Source: an uncultured Candidatus Saccharibacteria bacterium (GTDB taxonomy: Bacteria > Patescibacteriota > UBA1384 > XYA2-FULL-43-10 > 1-14-0-10-43-13). Taken from it: a stretch of DNA of 64,000 nucleotides. The stretch is taken from assembly GCA_964529405.1 (NCBI GenBank), contig CAZGWE010000003.1:17192-81191 (forward strand), given 5' to 3'. The first letter of the stretch is position 1. Each line of letters begins with the position of its first letter. A program made the position numbers and the translations under genes. Below the pieces are notes generated by a model. That model was not told the DNA's origin. It saw only the letters and a program-made list of their open reading frames with translations, and ran no database searches. Of this stretch, positions 46,365-54,828 are shown piece by piece.

Positions 46365-47246
46365 ATGAAAAAAATACGTAAAGCCGTCGTTCCTGCTGCG
46401 GGGTACGGAACAAGATTTTTGCCCGCTTCAAAAGCTATGCCGAAAGAAATGCTGCCAATTGTTGACAAACCGGTTATCCAATATGTCGTCGAGGAGCTGG
46501 CTGAGGCTGGGATAGAGCAGATTATCATTGTTACCGGTTGGCACAAGAGAGCGATTGAAGACCATTTTGACCGCCATCTGGAGCTTGAGCACAAACTCGA
46601 GACAGCCGGAAAAGAAGCGCAGTTAAAAACGATCCGCGACTTATCGAACCTGGCAGAATTTGTTTATGTCAGGCAGAAAGAAGCGCGCGGCAACGGCGAC
46701 GCGATTTTAACGGCCAAGAATATCATCGGCAACGAGCCTTTTGTTGTGCTTTGGGGCGATGACTTTATTGTGGCTGAACCGTCCCGCACCAGACAGCTGA
46801 TCGAGGCTTACAACAAATACGGCACGACCATCGCCGCCGGCATCCGGACCAGCAAACCCGAAGATTATAAACGTTACGGCTACGTCAAGGGCGAAGAGAT
46901 CGAACCCGGCATCATCAAAATCTCCGAATTGGTCGAAAAACCGGGACCGAAAAATCCCCCCTCCAATCTGGCCGTCGTCTCCGGTTTTGTTTTCCCGCCG
47001 GAGATCTTTAATGCCCTGGAATACTATGAAACCGAAATCGGCCAGGAACTGGTCTGGGTTGACGGCGTCAATGTGCTTCGAGATCAGGGCCAGGATGCTT
47101 ATGCCACTGAAATCAAGAGCGGCAAATATTATGACTGCGGCAACATTACAGAGTATTTGAAAACCAATGTTGAGATGGCTTTGCGCCGCGACGATATTAA
47201 TGGCGAATTCAAAAAATTCATCAAAGAAACAGCACGGGGATTGTAA
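46365..47246 (+). CDS. galU: UTP--glucose-1-phosphate uridylyltransferase
   Basis: KAVVPAAGYGTRFLPASKAMPKEMLPIVDKPVIQY and VVLWGDD motifs. Confidence 0.85.
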   Translation: MKKIRKAVVPAAGYGTRFLPASKAMPKEMLPIVDKPVIQYVVEELAEAGIEQIIIVTGWHKRAIEDHFDRHLELEHKLETAGKEAQLKTIRDLSNLAEFVYVRQKEARGNGDAILTAKNIIGNEPFVVLWGDDFIVAEPSRTRQLIEAYNKYGTTIAAGIRTSKPEDYKRYGYVKGEEIEPGIIKISELVEKPGPKNPPSNLAVVSGFVFPPEIFNALEYYETEIGQELVWVDGVNVLRDQGQDAYATEIKSGKYYDCGNITEYLKTNVEMALRRDDINGEFKKFIKETARGL

Positions 47247-47339
47247 GTTTATAAAGTTATTAAAGTTTGTAAGGTTTATAAAGTTCGTAAAGTAAAACAG
47301 TAATTACCATTGAACTTTATAAACTTAAGGCGGAGGGAC

Positions 47340-48722
47340 ATGTCCTCTTTTAAACAGGTTTGGAAAATCAGTAAATATATCGCCTGCGCGATTATTTTTT
47401 CGATTGCCCTCTCCGGTTGCACCCTGACGGGCAAAAAGCAGACAACCGATGCCGATGCCAAAAAAATCGTCGTCTGGAGTTTTGAAGAGGAGGACGTCTG
47501 GAAGCAGGTTATTAAAGATTTTCAGAACCAGGCCAAAGATTACGCCATCACCTATGAAAAGCAAACTTTTGATGCCAATTATGAAAACCGGGTTTTGAAT
47601 TCTATGCTGGCCGGCCAGGGTCCCGATGTCTGGGCTATGCCGAATGACTGGGTTTATCGCCACAAAGAAAAGCTCTATCCGATGCCAGACTCCCTAGCCA
47701 AAACGGTCAATTTGGACAACCAATACGTGCCCTCGGTCAAACAATCAGTTTTATTTGATAACAAAATTTATGCCCTAACTCCCTCGGTTGAACCACTGAT
47801 GGTTTTTTACAATTATAAAATGTTTGATTCCCGGCTGGCCGAACTGAAAAAATCAACCAAAGACAAGACGGAAACCGACAAATACAATTCGCTGCTTAAA
47901 GAAGTACCAAAAACCTGGACCGATTTTGCCGAAGCGGCTAATTTCCTGACGATTAAAAACGGCGAGAACATAACCACTTCGGGGGTCGTCCTGGGCACGG
48001 CCAATATTGCCAACGCCAGCGACATTCTCTATTTTCTGATGGCACAGAACGAAACCGACATCCTGACCGCGGATTATTCTCTGGCCACCTTTAACCTGCC
48101 CAAAAACACCGCCACCGGAGAAAACGATACTCCCGGACAAAGGGCGCTGGAGTTTTACGCCTCCTTTGCCGATCCTAATTCCCAAAATTACACCTGGAGC
48201 GATTCGCTCGGCAACGATCTGGAAGCGTTTGGCGCCGGCAAGGCTGCTATGATCCTGGGTTACTCCAGCCTTCAAAATTACCTGGCGCAAAAGTATCCGA
48301 ATTTGCAATACAAAAAAGCCTTTATGCCCCAGGTTGACCAGGATTCGGAAAAAATTACCGATTTTGCCCGTTTCACCGCTTTCGGCGTTAACCGGCTGTC
48401 CAAAAATCCGGGGGCGGCATGGACATTAGTCAATACGCTCGGCACAAAAAGCTCCAACGCTTTCAGTTCTGCCACCAAAACATATACCTCCAAAAAACAG
48501 CAGGGTATCAACACGTCCATCACCAAAAGAACTGGCAACAGTCCGGAGAAGACGGCCGTGGCCATTGCCAAAACGCTAGTCAAAGGCCGTTATCCGATCG
48601 AATTCGACCGTTACATCAGAGCAGCCGCCGAAAATGTTAACGATGGCAACCAAGACCCGAAGTCGGCTCTCGACCTTGCCGCCAGCACCATTACTGAATT
48701 ACTAAGAAAGAAGGACTGGTAA
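47340..48722 (+). CDS. extracellular solute-binding lipoprotein (ABC-type SBP family 1-like) without adjacent permease genes
   Basis: Signal peptide with lipobox IALSGC and a ~440-aa periplasmic-binding-protein-like body (WSFEEEDVWKQVIKDF...). The RBS GGAGGGA lies upstream. Confidence 0.6.
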   Translation: MSSFKQVWKISKYIACAIIFSIALSGCTLTGKKQTTDADAKKIVVWSFEEEDVWKQVIKDFQNQAKDYAITYEKQTFDANYENRVLNSMLAGQGPDVWAMPNDWVYRHKEKLYPMPDSLAKTVNLDNQYVPSVKQSVLFDNKIYALTPSVEPLMVFYNYKMFDSRLAELKKSTKDKTETDKYNSLLKEVPKTWTDFAEAANFLTIKNGENITTSGVVLGTANIANASDILYFLMAQNETDILTADYSLATFNLPKNTATGENDTPGQRALEFYASFADPNSQNYTWSDSLGNDLEAFGAGKAAMILGYSSLQNYLAQKYPNLQYKKAFMPQVDQDSEKITDFARFTAFGVNRLSKNPGAAWTLVNTLGTKSSNAFSSATKTYTSKKQQGINTSITKRTGNSPEKTAVAIAKTLVKGRYPIEFDRYIRAAAENVNDGNQDPKSALDLAASTITELLRKKDW

Positions 48723-48742
48723 AGTTAGCCAAAGATATTTTT

Positions 48743-49096
48743 ATGCTCAATAATCAACGCTACGCAATAATATTTCCAAAAGCCCTGGCTGCCGACGACA
48801 AGCTTAAGGTCGGCGTGCCGGTCAAAAACGGCCAGGAAACTTACACCGGTTCCAAGAGCAACCCCATTTATCAGCAATATATGTCCGACCTCTACTCCTT
48901 TGCCATTATTCTCGGCGCCTCTTTAGCCACCCTAATGATTGTTTACGCCGGATATAAATATATGACCTCGCAGGGTAATCAAACCGCTCTCAATGATGCC
49001 AAAGAGGTCCTGACCGGAGCACTGCTCGGTTTAGCCATACTTCTGCTGATTCGAGTCATTTTAAATTTTCTAGCCATGCCCGATGTGACGAGTTAA
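48743..49096 (+). CDS. small two-helix membrane protein, VirB2/TrbC-like (T4SS-pilin-like) candidate
   Basis: 117 aa with the pattern helix1 (AIILGASLATLMIVYAGYKYMT), short polar loop (SQGNQTALNDAKEV), helix2 (LTGALLGLAILLLIRVIL). It has the same architecture as three other modules in this locus. Confidence 0.4.
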   Translation: MLNNQRYAIIFPKALAADDKLKVGVPVKNGQETYTGSKSNPIYQQYMSDLYSFAIILGASLATLMIVYAGYKYMTSQGNQTALNDAKEVLTGALLGLAILLLIRVILNFLAMPDVTS

Positions 49097-49100
49097 TACT

Positions 49101-52100
49101 ATGTTCCACCTAAAGAACCTTCGGAAATTTACCCGCCTCTCCGTCTTTGCCGGAGCATCTTTGCTGCTGTTTTTTATTGTTGCCTTCAGTTATAATAATT
49201 TTTTTGCCGGCGCCGATACGGAAATTTCAGTCTATTGCCGCAACAACACCGTCATTAACCCCAATTGCGACGAAGACCACTTCGTTGTTTTTAATATTCA
49301 AAAATATTTGACCGACCCCGAGGCAATCAAAAAAGTCGCGGCCTTGGACGGATACCTTTTAGACAACGGCAGAGACGCCAAAATGCCGGTCGGGCTAGAA
49401 CCCGATGAAATTGACGACATTTACGATCAGAACGGCAAACAGGTCGGCGACGGCTACAAGGCCTGGTCGGCTGTCAAAAGGCTCTACCAGACAGTTGCTT
49501 CAGCCGCTGCCCGGGACAAAAACTCGGTCAACCAGGGTTTGGCCAACCGTTCCATCCAGGAGATAGACCGCCGGATAAGCACGAGCTTGGCCAGCTACCA
49601 GCAAAGCGGTGACAAATTTGTCGTTTACAATGTCTCTAAACACATTAGAAAAAAGGCTGACCGGGAAGCTTTGGCCGCTTTTCTGAAGGCAAACGACATT
49701 GGTTTTATCAGCTATGACACAAACGCCGATATTGCCAATCTCTATCCGACTATCAGCGATTCCATTATTGGTGATATTAAGCTCGACAGCCTCAATCTGG
49801 CTGTTTGGAAAAATATTGCCACCCTTTACAAAGCGGTTAACGCCAGCGCCAAAACGCGGCCCGCTGAAGCCGAAAACGATATCGGCCAATCCCGCATGTC
49901 TTACGACGCAATCAACGCCAAAACCGCCGGGTACAAGCCTTCGACCAGCGGCTACGAACGCGTCACCGAAAACGGCCAAGAATATTTCCTCATCGGCAAC
50001 TATTCAAAGTGGCTCTCAAAAGATGATTTGAAACAAATCCAGGAAAATGATGCTCTCTTTGCCGGCAAAACGATCCGCAACGCCTTTACCGGCCAATTTA
50101 TCAAGCTGCCCGTTAGTATCAACCCCGAAAGCGACATTTCATCCGGGCATACGCCACTGACAAATTCTATCGCCGGAAAGGTCGTTTCAATTTACCAGGT
50201 CGTCTTCAATGCCGGCGAAGCCACCGATAAGGATGTTGACGACTCGAAGGCCTCTATCGAGAGTTTGGGCCGGTTTATCAGCGATTACTATGCGCAGAGG
50301 GGATGCGATAACGCCAACTACTCTTTCGGCCTTAGCGGCAGCAATGTTATGATTTGCGACTTTTCCAAGAAACTTAGCAAGAGCTCTTACATGGCAATCA
50401 ACCAGCTGGTTGTCCATATCAAACAGGTTGCAGGCAAAGAACTGCCGATTGTCGCCGTCAACGATAATTCAATCAAATCCGATTCTGTCACCATCCCCAG
50501 GGTCTATGGCGCCGGCAACGTCGTCATTTACGACAACAACGACAAGAAGGGTTGGCAAGCGGTCGTTGAACTTTACCGCTATATTTTCAACAATGCCCGC
50601 GACGATCAGGCAGAATTGAAAAGCGATGTCGCTGCCTCCATTAACACTATTGAAGATAGTGCAAAAAACCCGCCGGTTTATGTTCTTCTCGGCACCGGCA
50701 AAGGCAATAAATGCGAACAGGGAGACAGCCACTGCCAGCTCCAGGTTTTTAAGAGTTTCGCTTCATGCAAAAATTTAAAACAGGGCGATGACCAAAATAT
50801 AACGGTTGATGATATGTCATGTATCATTAGTAATCCTGGCGACAACAATGGCGAGTATTTTGAACCGAAAGAAAATTCCAAAGCCCGCAACCTACTCAAA
50901 GCCGTTCTGGCAGCAACCACAAATGCCGATGATAAAGTAATAATCCAAGCGTTTCTTGACGATTATGAGTCGCAGTTTCTTGGCGAGAGTAGCGACGGCA
51001 ATGTTAGACTCGCTGCACCGAAGCTATTGAAACAAACTAGCCCTGACGGGCTGAGCGGATTCCAGAATTACGGCGCTAATGTACCGCTCAAATATAATAT
51101 CGATATAAATGAATCTCTCACTAGAAAATTGGCTGCGTCTGGGAATGATTATAAACTCGGAATATCTGCCTATGTCAGCAATGGCTCAAATGCTGACGGC
51201 AGGCTCATTGGAGTATCAGAAGCAAAAAACAGTGGAGAAATTATTTGGAATGCAAACGCCTCGAGTGACCCTGATCTTAAATCTTACGTTGAAATTGGCA
51301 AGCATAAATTTACAACAGTACTTTTTGCTTATGATCAGACGGTAGGACTACCGTCTTCCGGCGATCAAGCCGTAGAACCCGACAATGTATATAGTAAGCT
51401 CGGGTATGACTTCGAAATTGTCGGTCCCAATGGTGAACGCGACCCCTCGCAGGTACTCAGCGACAATCCAGATTCATGTACCGGCGGGAAGATTTCTATC
51501 GTTGCTCCCAGTATTGTCAAGCCGGCAAACACCGCCAACATTACCGCAAATGTAACGCCGCCAAAAGTCAGCCGATCAGACGGAGCTACAGACATCTTTG
51601 AAATCTCTATCTCTATTAACAAGTCTCCTCTCGGCACAAAACCGGAAGATTTGCCAAAACCGGAGACAGTTACTAACTGGTCTCTAAAAACCAGGGGCGA
51701 TTTCAGCAATAGTACACAAACTCCTCAAAAAGTCTCAATAGACGACGCTCACGCCTGGCCCAATCCAACGTCTGATGAGGGTATCCATTACATTAAAGTT
51801 CAAACATTTACGGTTATAGACGGAGCAAAATATTGTACTGGCGTCGCCTACAAAGCAATCACCTTAGACAAAGCAGCTCCAGAAGATAAGTGTAGATTAG
51901 TTGGCGGCAAAAAGGTCTGCGATGGCGATGAAGAAGCCGGGGCGCCCTCCCGACCGGCTTTGCCGGCTGGCGAGGGTTCATCCATTGGAACGCTCCCTGA
52001 TTTAGTTAACCGGATTATCGATATTTTCTTCTCTGTCATCGGAGCCCTGGCCGTGCTTGGTAATGTCATTGGTGGTATTATGTACCTGACAGCCGGAGGA

Positions 52101-52235
52101 GATAGCGGCAAGGCCGAGAAGGCCAAAAAAGCGGTTCTTTACTCCTCCATCGCAGTCATTATCGCCGTTACGGCCTACGTCATCTTGCATGCGTCCGTCG
52201 GAACCATTAATCAGATTATTACCGGGAGAAAATGA
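49101..52235 (+). CDS. large secreted/surface protein (1044 aa) with N-terminal signal-anchor and C-terminal VirB2/TrbC-like pilin-like two-helix module
   Basis: The N-terminus LSVFAGASLLLFFIVAF is hydrophobic. About 930 aa are hydrophilic with several Cys pairs. The C-terminus IIDIFFSVIGALAVLGNVIGGIMYLTAGGDSGKAEKAKKAVLYSSIAVIIAVTAYVIL aligns by eye with the flanking small proteins (shared YLTAAG / G-D/N-x-x-K-A-E/A-K-K core). Confidence 0.55.
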   Translation: MFHLKNLRKFTRLSVFAGASLLLFFIVAFSYNNFFAGADTEISVYCRNNTVINPNCDEDHFVVFNIQKYLTDPEAIKKVAALDGYLLDNGRDAKMPVGLEPDEIDDIYDQNGKQVGDGYKAWSAVKRLYQTVASAAARDKNSVNQGLANRSIQEIDRRISTSLASYQQSGDKFVVYNVSKHIRKKADREALAAFLKANDIGFISYDTNADIANLYPTISDSIIGDIKLDSLNLAVWKNIATLYKAVNASAKTRPAEAENDIGQSRMSYDAINAKTAGYKPSTSGYERVTENGQEYFLIGNYSKWLSKDDLKQIQENDALFAGKTIRNAFTGQFIKLPVSINPESDISSGHTPLTNSIAGKVVSIYQVVFNAGEATDKDVDDSKASIESLGRFISDYYAQRGCDNANYSFGLSGSNVMICDFSKKLSKSSYMAINQLVVHIKQVAGKELPIVAVNDNSIKSDSVTIPRVYGAGNVVIYDNNDKKGWQAVVELYRYIFNNARDDQAELKSDVAASINTIEDSAKNPPVYVLLGTGKGNKCEQGDSHCQLQVFKSFASCKNLKQGDDQNITVDDMSCIISNPGDNNGEYFEPKENSKARNLLKAVLAATTNADDKVIIQAFLDDYESQFLGESSDGNVRLAAPKLLKQTSPDGLSGFQNYGANVPLKYNIDINESLTRKLAASGNDYKLGISAYVSNGSNADGRLIGVSEAKNSGEIIWNANASSDPDLKSYVEIGKHKFTTVLFAYDQTVGLPSSGDQAVEPDNVYSKLGYDFEIVGPNGERDPSQVLSDNPDSCTGGKISIVAPSIVKPANTANITANVTPPKVSRSDGATDIFEISISINKSPLGTKPEDLPKPETVTNWSLKTRGDFSNSTQTPQKVSIDDAHAWPNPTSDEGIHYIKVQTFTVIDGAKYCTGVAYKAITLDKAAPEDKCRLVGGKKVCDGDEEAGAPSRPALPAGEGSSIGTLPDLVNRIIDIFFSVIGALAVLGNVIGGIMYLTAGGDSGKAEKAKKAVLYSSIAVIIAVTAYVILHASVGTINQIITGRK

Positions 52236-52558
52236 GCAGCCGTTTAATCGAAAAAATATTTGCAGCCAAAACACCGACAACAATCTGGAATGGTGGTTCC
52301 TTTAACGGTGCCGATCCCAACAAAGGCTTGGGCGATATCAAGAACTTTATTGACGACACTGTAACAGTTGCGTTAAATGCTGCCATTGTGGTAGCATTGT
52401 TAATGATATTATATGCATCATTTCAATATGCGATGTCCTACGGGGACGAGAACAAGGCAGAGACTGCTAAAAAAACTCTCATCTGGTCGATCGTAGGATT
52501 AGCTGTCGTTGCCGTAGCTCGAACTGCAGTTAGCCTGCTTAAAAAAGAATTGAGCTAG
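52232..52558 (+). CDS. small two-helix membrane protein, VirB2/TrbC-like (T4SS-pilin-like) candidate
   Basis: 108 aa; VALNAAIVVALLMILYASFQYAMSYGDENKAETAKKTLIWSIVGLAVVAVA; 4-nt overlap with upstream large gene. Confidence 0.4.
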   Translation: MSSRLIEKIFAAKTPTTIWNGGSFNGADPNKGLGDIKNFIDDTVTVALNAAIVVALLMILYASFQYAMSYGDENKAETAKKTLIWSIVGLAVVAVARTAVSLLKKELS

Positions 52559-52641
52559 AGCTGGGGCAATCTTCGAACGAAGCGAGAACTTCGCGGGTTT
52601 TTCACTATCGTTCGAAGAAACAACTTAAAAGAGGAGGAGAA

Positions 52642-52968
52642 ATGAACTTAGTAGAAAGAGCGTTCGCAGAATTGTCCGGCAGCGGTACTAGTATTTCAAT
52701 AAACCCTGATACTGACACTGCCCCAACAAGCATTCAAGATTTCATTTTCAGTGCGATAAGTAATGTTATCATTCCAATCGCAGGCGCAATTGCCGTCCTT
52801 TATTTAATCTACTCAGGCATTCTTTATCTTACTGCCGCTGGTAATCCGGACGCAGCTAAGAAGGGACAGCAGGGTGTTGTTAATGCTATTATCGGTATAA
52901 TAATTATTGCTCTATCTTATGTAATCATTAAAGCAGTTTCTGGCACAGTCGGCGGAACAACAATTTAA
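52642..52968 (+). CDS. small two-helix membrane protein, VirB2/TrbC-like (T4SS-pilin-like) candidate
   Basis: 108 aa; IPIAGAIAVLYLIYSGILYLTAAGNPDAAKKGQQGVVNAIIGIIIIALSYVII; RBS AAGAGGAGGAG upstream. Confidence 0.4.
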   Translation: MNLVERAFAELSGSGTSISINPDTDTAPTSIQDFIFSAISNVIIPIAGAIAVLYLIYSGILYLTAAGNPDAAKKGQQGVVNAIIGIIIIALSYVIIKAVSGTVGGTTI

Positions 52969-52978
52969 ATATAAATCA

Positions 52979-53025
52979 AAGCCGCCTTATTTCTAGAAAT
53001 AGATTTAGGAGCGGCTTTTTTTGTT
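52979..53025. terminator. rho-independent terminator (likely bidirectional) between pilin-like operon and pilB
   Basis: AAAGCCGCC ... GGAGCGGCTTTTTTTGTTTG; stem GCCGC/GCGGC with T-run. Confidence 0.5.
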
Positions 53026-53035
53026 TGACATGACT

Positions 53036-54700
53036 TTAGCTCTTCGTTACTCGCCAGACCTCTTCAACCGTCGTTTCGCCCTTGAGGGCCTTAATCAGGC
53101 CGTCCTGCTCCATCGTCACTATACCCTGGGCTACGGCCGCTCTTTCAAATTCCGTAATAGAGGCTGTTTTGGCCAGCAAACCCTCGATCGAGCTGTCGGG
53201 CACCAAAACTTCGATCACCACCTCGCGGCCGGAGTAGCCGGACTTGGTGCACTTGTCGCAACCCTTGCCGCGGTGCAAAAGAGGAGCGGCGCTATCAAGC
53301 AATTTAATAACATCCGGGCTAAGCCTCTTCTTGATCGGTTCCATTAACCGCTTTACCTCCTGCCAGATCTCCGGCCTCGGCGCGTATTGCTCTCTGCAGT
53401 TGGCGCAAACTTTTCTAACCAGGCGCTGGGCCATAACCAGATTAATCGAACCGGAAAGAAGATAAGGTTTGACGCCCATCTCCAGCAAACGGGCAAAGAC
53501 AGCCGGGGCCGAGTTGGCGTGGATGGTCGAAACAAGCAGGTGGCCCGTCAGAGCCGCCTGTACCGCTATTTCGGCCGTCTCGACATCGCGTATCTCGCCA
53601 ACCATTAAAACATCGGGGTCTTGGCGCAGGGAGGCTCTAAGGCCATCGGCAAACTTGTACCCGGCGGCGTTATCCACTTGGCTCTGTTCAATACCCTCAA
53701 TCCGGTATTCAACCGGGTCTTCTAAAGTGATGATTTTAATGCCCGGCTTATTTAGCGCCATTAAAATAGCATAAAGAGTCGATGATTTGCCGCTGCCGGT
53801 CGGACCGGAAGTCAAAATCATACCGTGGGGCTTGGAGATTGCTTCTCTGATCGCTGCCAAGGCTTCGTCCCGGAAGCCCAATTTATCGAGGGCCAAAATT
53901 GATTTAGCCTGGCCCAAAATCCGAATGACGATTGACTCGCCGAAAGAAGACGGCATAATCGATATGCGCAAATCAATCGTTTCATTATCAAGCTCTTTAA
54001 CTGAAAAGCGGCCGTCCTGGGGCTGGCTGGCGATATCCATACGCAGCTTTGCCAAGTATTTAATTCTGGAAATCAGCTGCTTATATCGGGGTAGAGGCAG
54101 CTTGACCACATCCTGTAAAACGCCGTCAACCCGGTATCGAACCAAAAACTCCTTCTCCTCCGGTTCCAGGTGGATATCGGAGGCTTTTGTCTTAAGAGCG
54201 CCGATAATTATGACGTCCAAAAGCTGGGTGACGCTCACTTTTTTGGCCGCGATACCGACCGAACCCAAATCGCTGATATTAATATCAAAATCTTCCTCTT
54301 TCGGCGCCACATCGCTGTTATCCTGCATTTTGGCCGCTTCCCTTTTTAACGTCTCGTAAAAAGTGATGCCGTAGAGAAAACTTGTCTGGGAAATAACGGA
54401 GATAACAAACTCCACACCCACGGTCTGGCTGTGGCGCTTCAAAAAGTCCATCGTGGCCGGGTCGGCGGGATGGACCACTCCCACCCGGACCGAGCGGCCA
54501 AGTTTGAGGTAAGGAATAACCCGGAATTGGATCGCCAAATTTTCCGGAATAGCGTCAATCACTTCTTTGGTTATGGGATAAGAGGTCAGATTGATATAGG
54601 GTAGGTTGAGCTTGTTTGCCAGCTCCCGGGTGTGATGCTCCTCCTGCTCCCGATTCAAGTGGTAAATTGTTTTTGTGATATCGGTCATAATAATTAGCAC
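53036..54700 (-). CDS. pilB: type II secretion/type IV pilus assembly ATPase (GspE/PilB family)
   Basis: Walker A LTSGPTGSGKSSTLYA, Asp box, Walker B LMVGEIRD, His box, tetracysteine CANC ... CDKC; two N-terminal T2SSE_N-like domains; 554 aa. Confidence 0.85.
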   Translation of the reverse strand: MLIIMTDITKTIYHLNREQEEHHTRELANKLNLPYINLTSYPITKEVIDAIPENLAIQFRVIPYLKLGRSVRVGVVHPADPATMDFLKRHSQTVGVEFVISVISQTSFLYGITFYETLKREAAKMQDNSDVAPKEEDFDINISDLGSVGIAAKKVSVTQLLDVIIIGALKTKASDIHLEPEEKEFLVRYRVDGVLQDVVKLPLPRYKQLISRIKYLAKLRMDIASQPQDGRFSVKELDNETIDLRISIMPSSFGESIVIRILGQAKSILALDKLGFRDEALAAIREAISKPHGMILTSGPTGSGKSSTLYAILMALNKPGIKIITLEDPVEYRIEGIEQSQVDNAAGYKFADGLRASLRQDPDVLMVGEIRDVETAEIAVQAALTGHLLVSTIHANSAPAVFARLLEMGVKPYLLSGSINLVMAQRLVRKVCANCREQYAPRPEIWQEVKRLMEPIKKRLSPDVIKLLDSAAPLLHRGKGCDKCTKSGYSGREVVIEVLVPDSSIEGLLAKTASITEFERAAVAQGIVTMEQDGLIKALKGETTVEEVWRVTKS

Positions 54701-54709
54701 TTAATTGAT

Positions 54710-54799
54710 TGGCGGAAGCGAGAGGATTCGAACCTCTGAGCCGATTGCTCGACTAACGGTTTTCGAGACCGCCACATTCGACCGCTCTGTCACGCTTCC
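54710..54799 (-). tRNA. tRNA-Ser (anticodon CGA)
   Basis: Minus-strand cloverleaf with acceptor stem GGAAGCG/CGCUUCC, anticodon stem GCGGU/ACCGU and loop CUCGAAA. It has a long variable arm, a T-arm AGAGG-UUCGAAU-CCUCU, and an encoded CCA. Confidence 0.75.
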
Positions 54800-54828
54800 C
54801 CTATTCTATCACATTCGTCCCGACCGCA

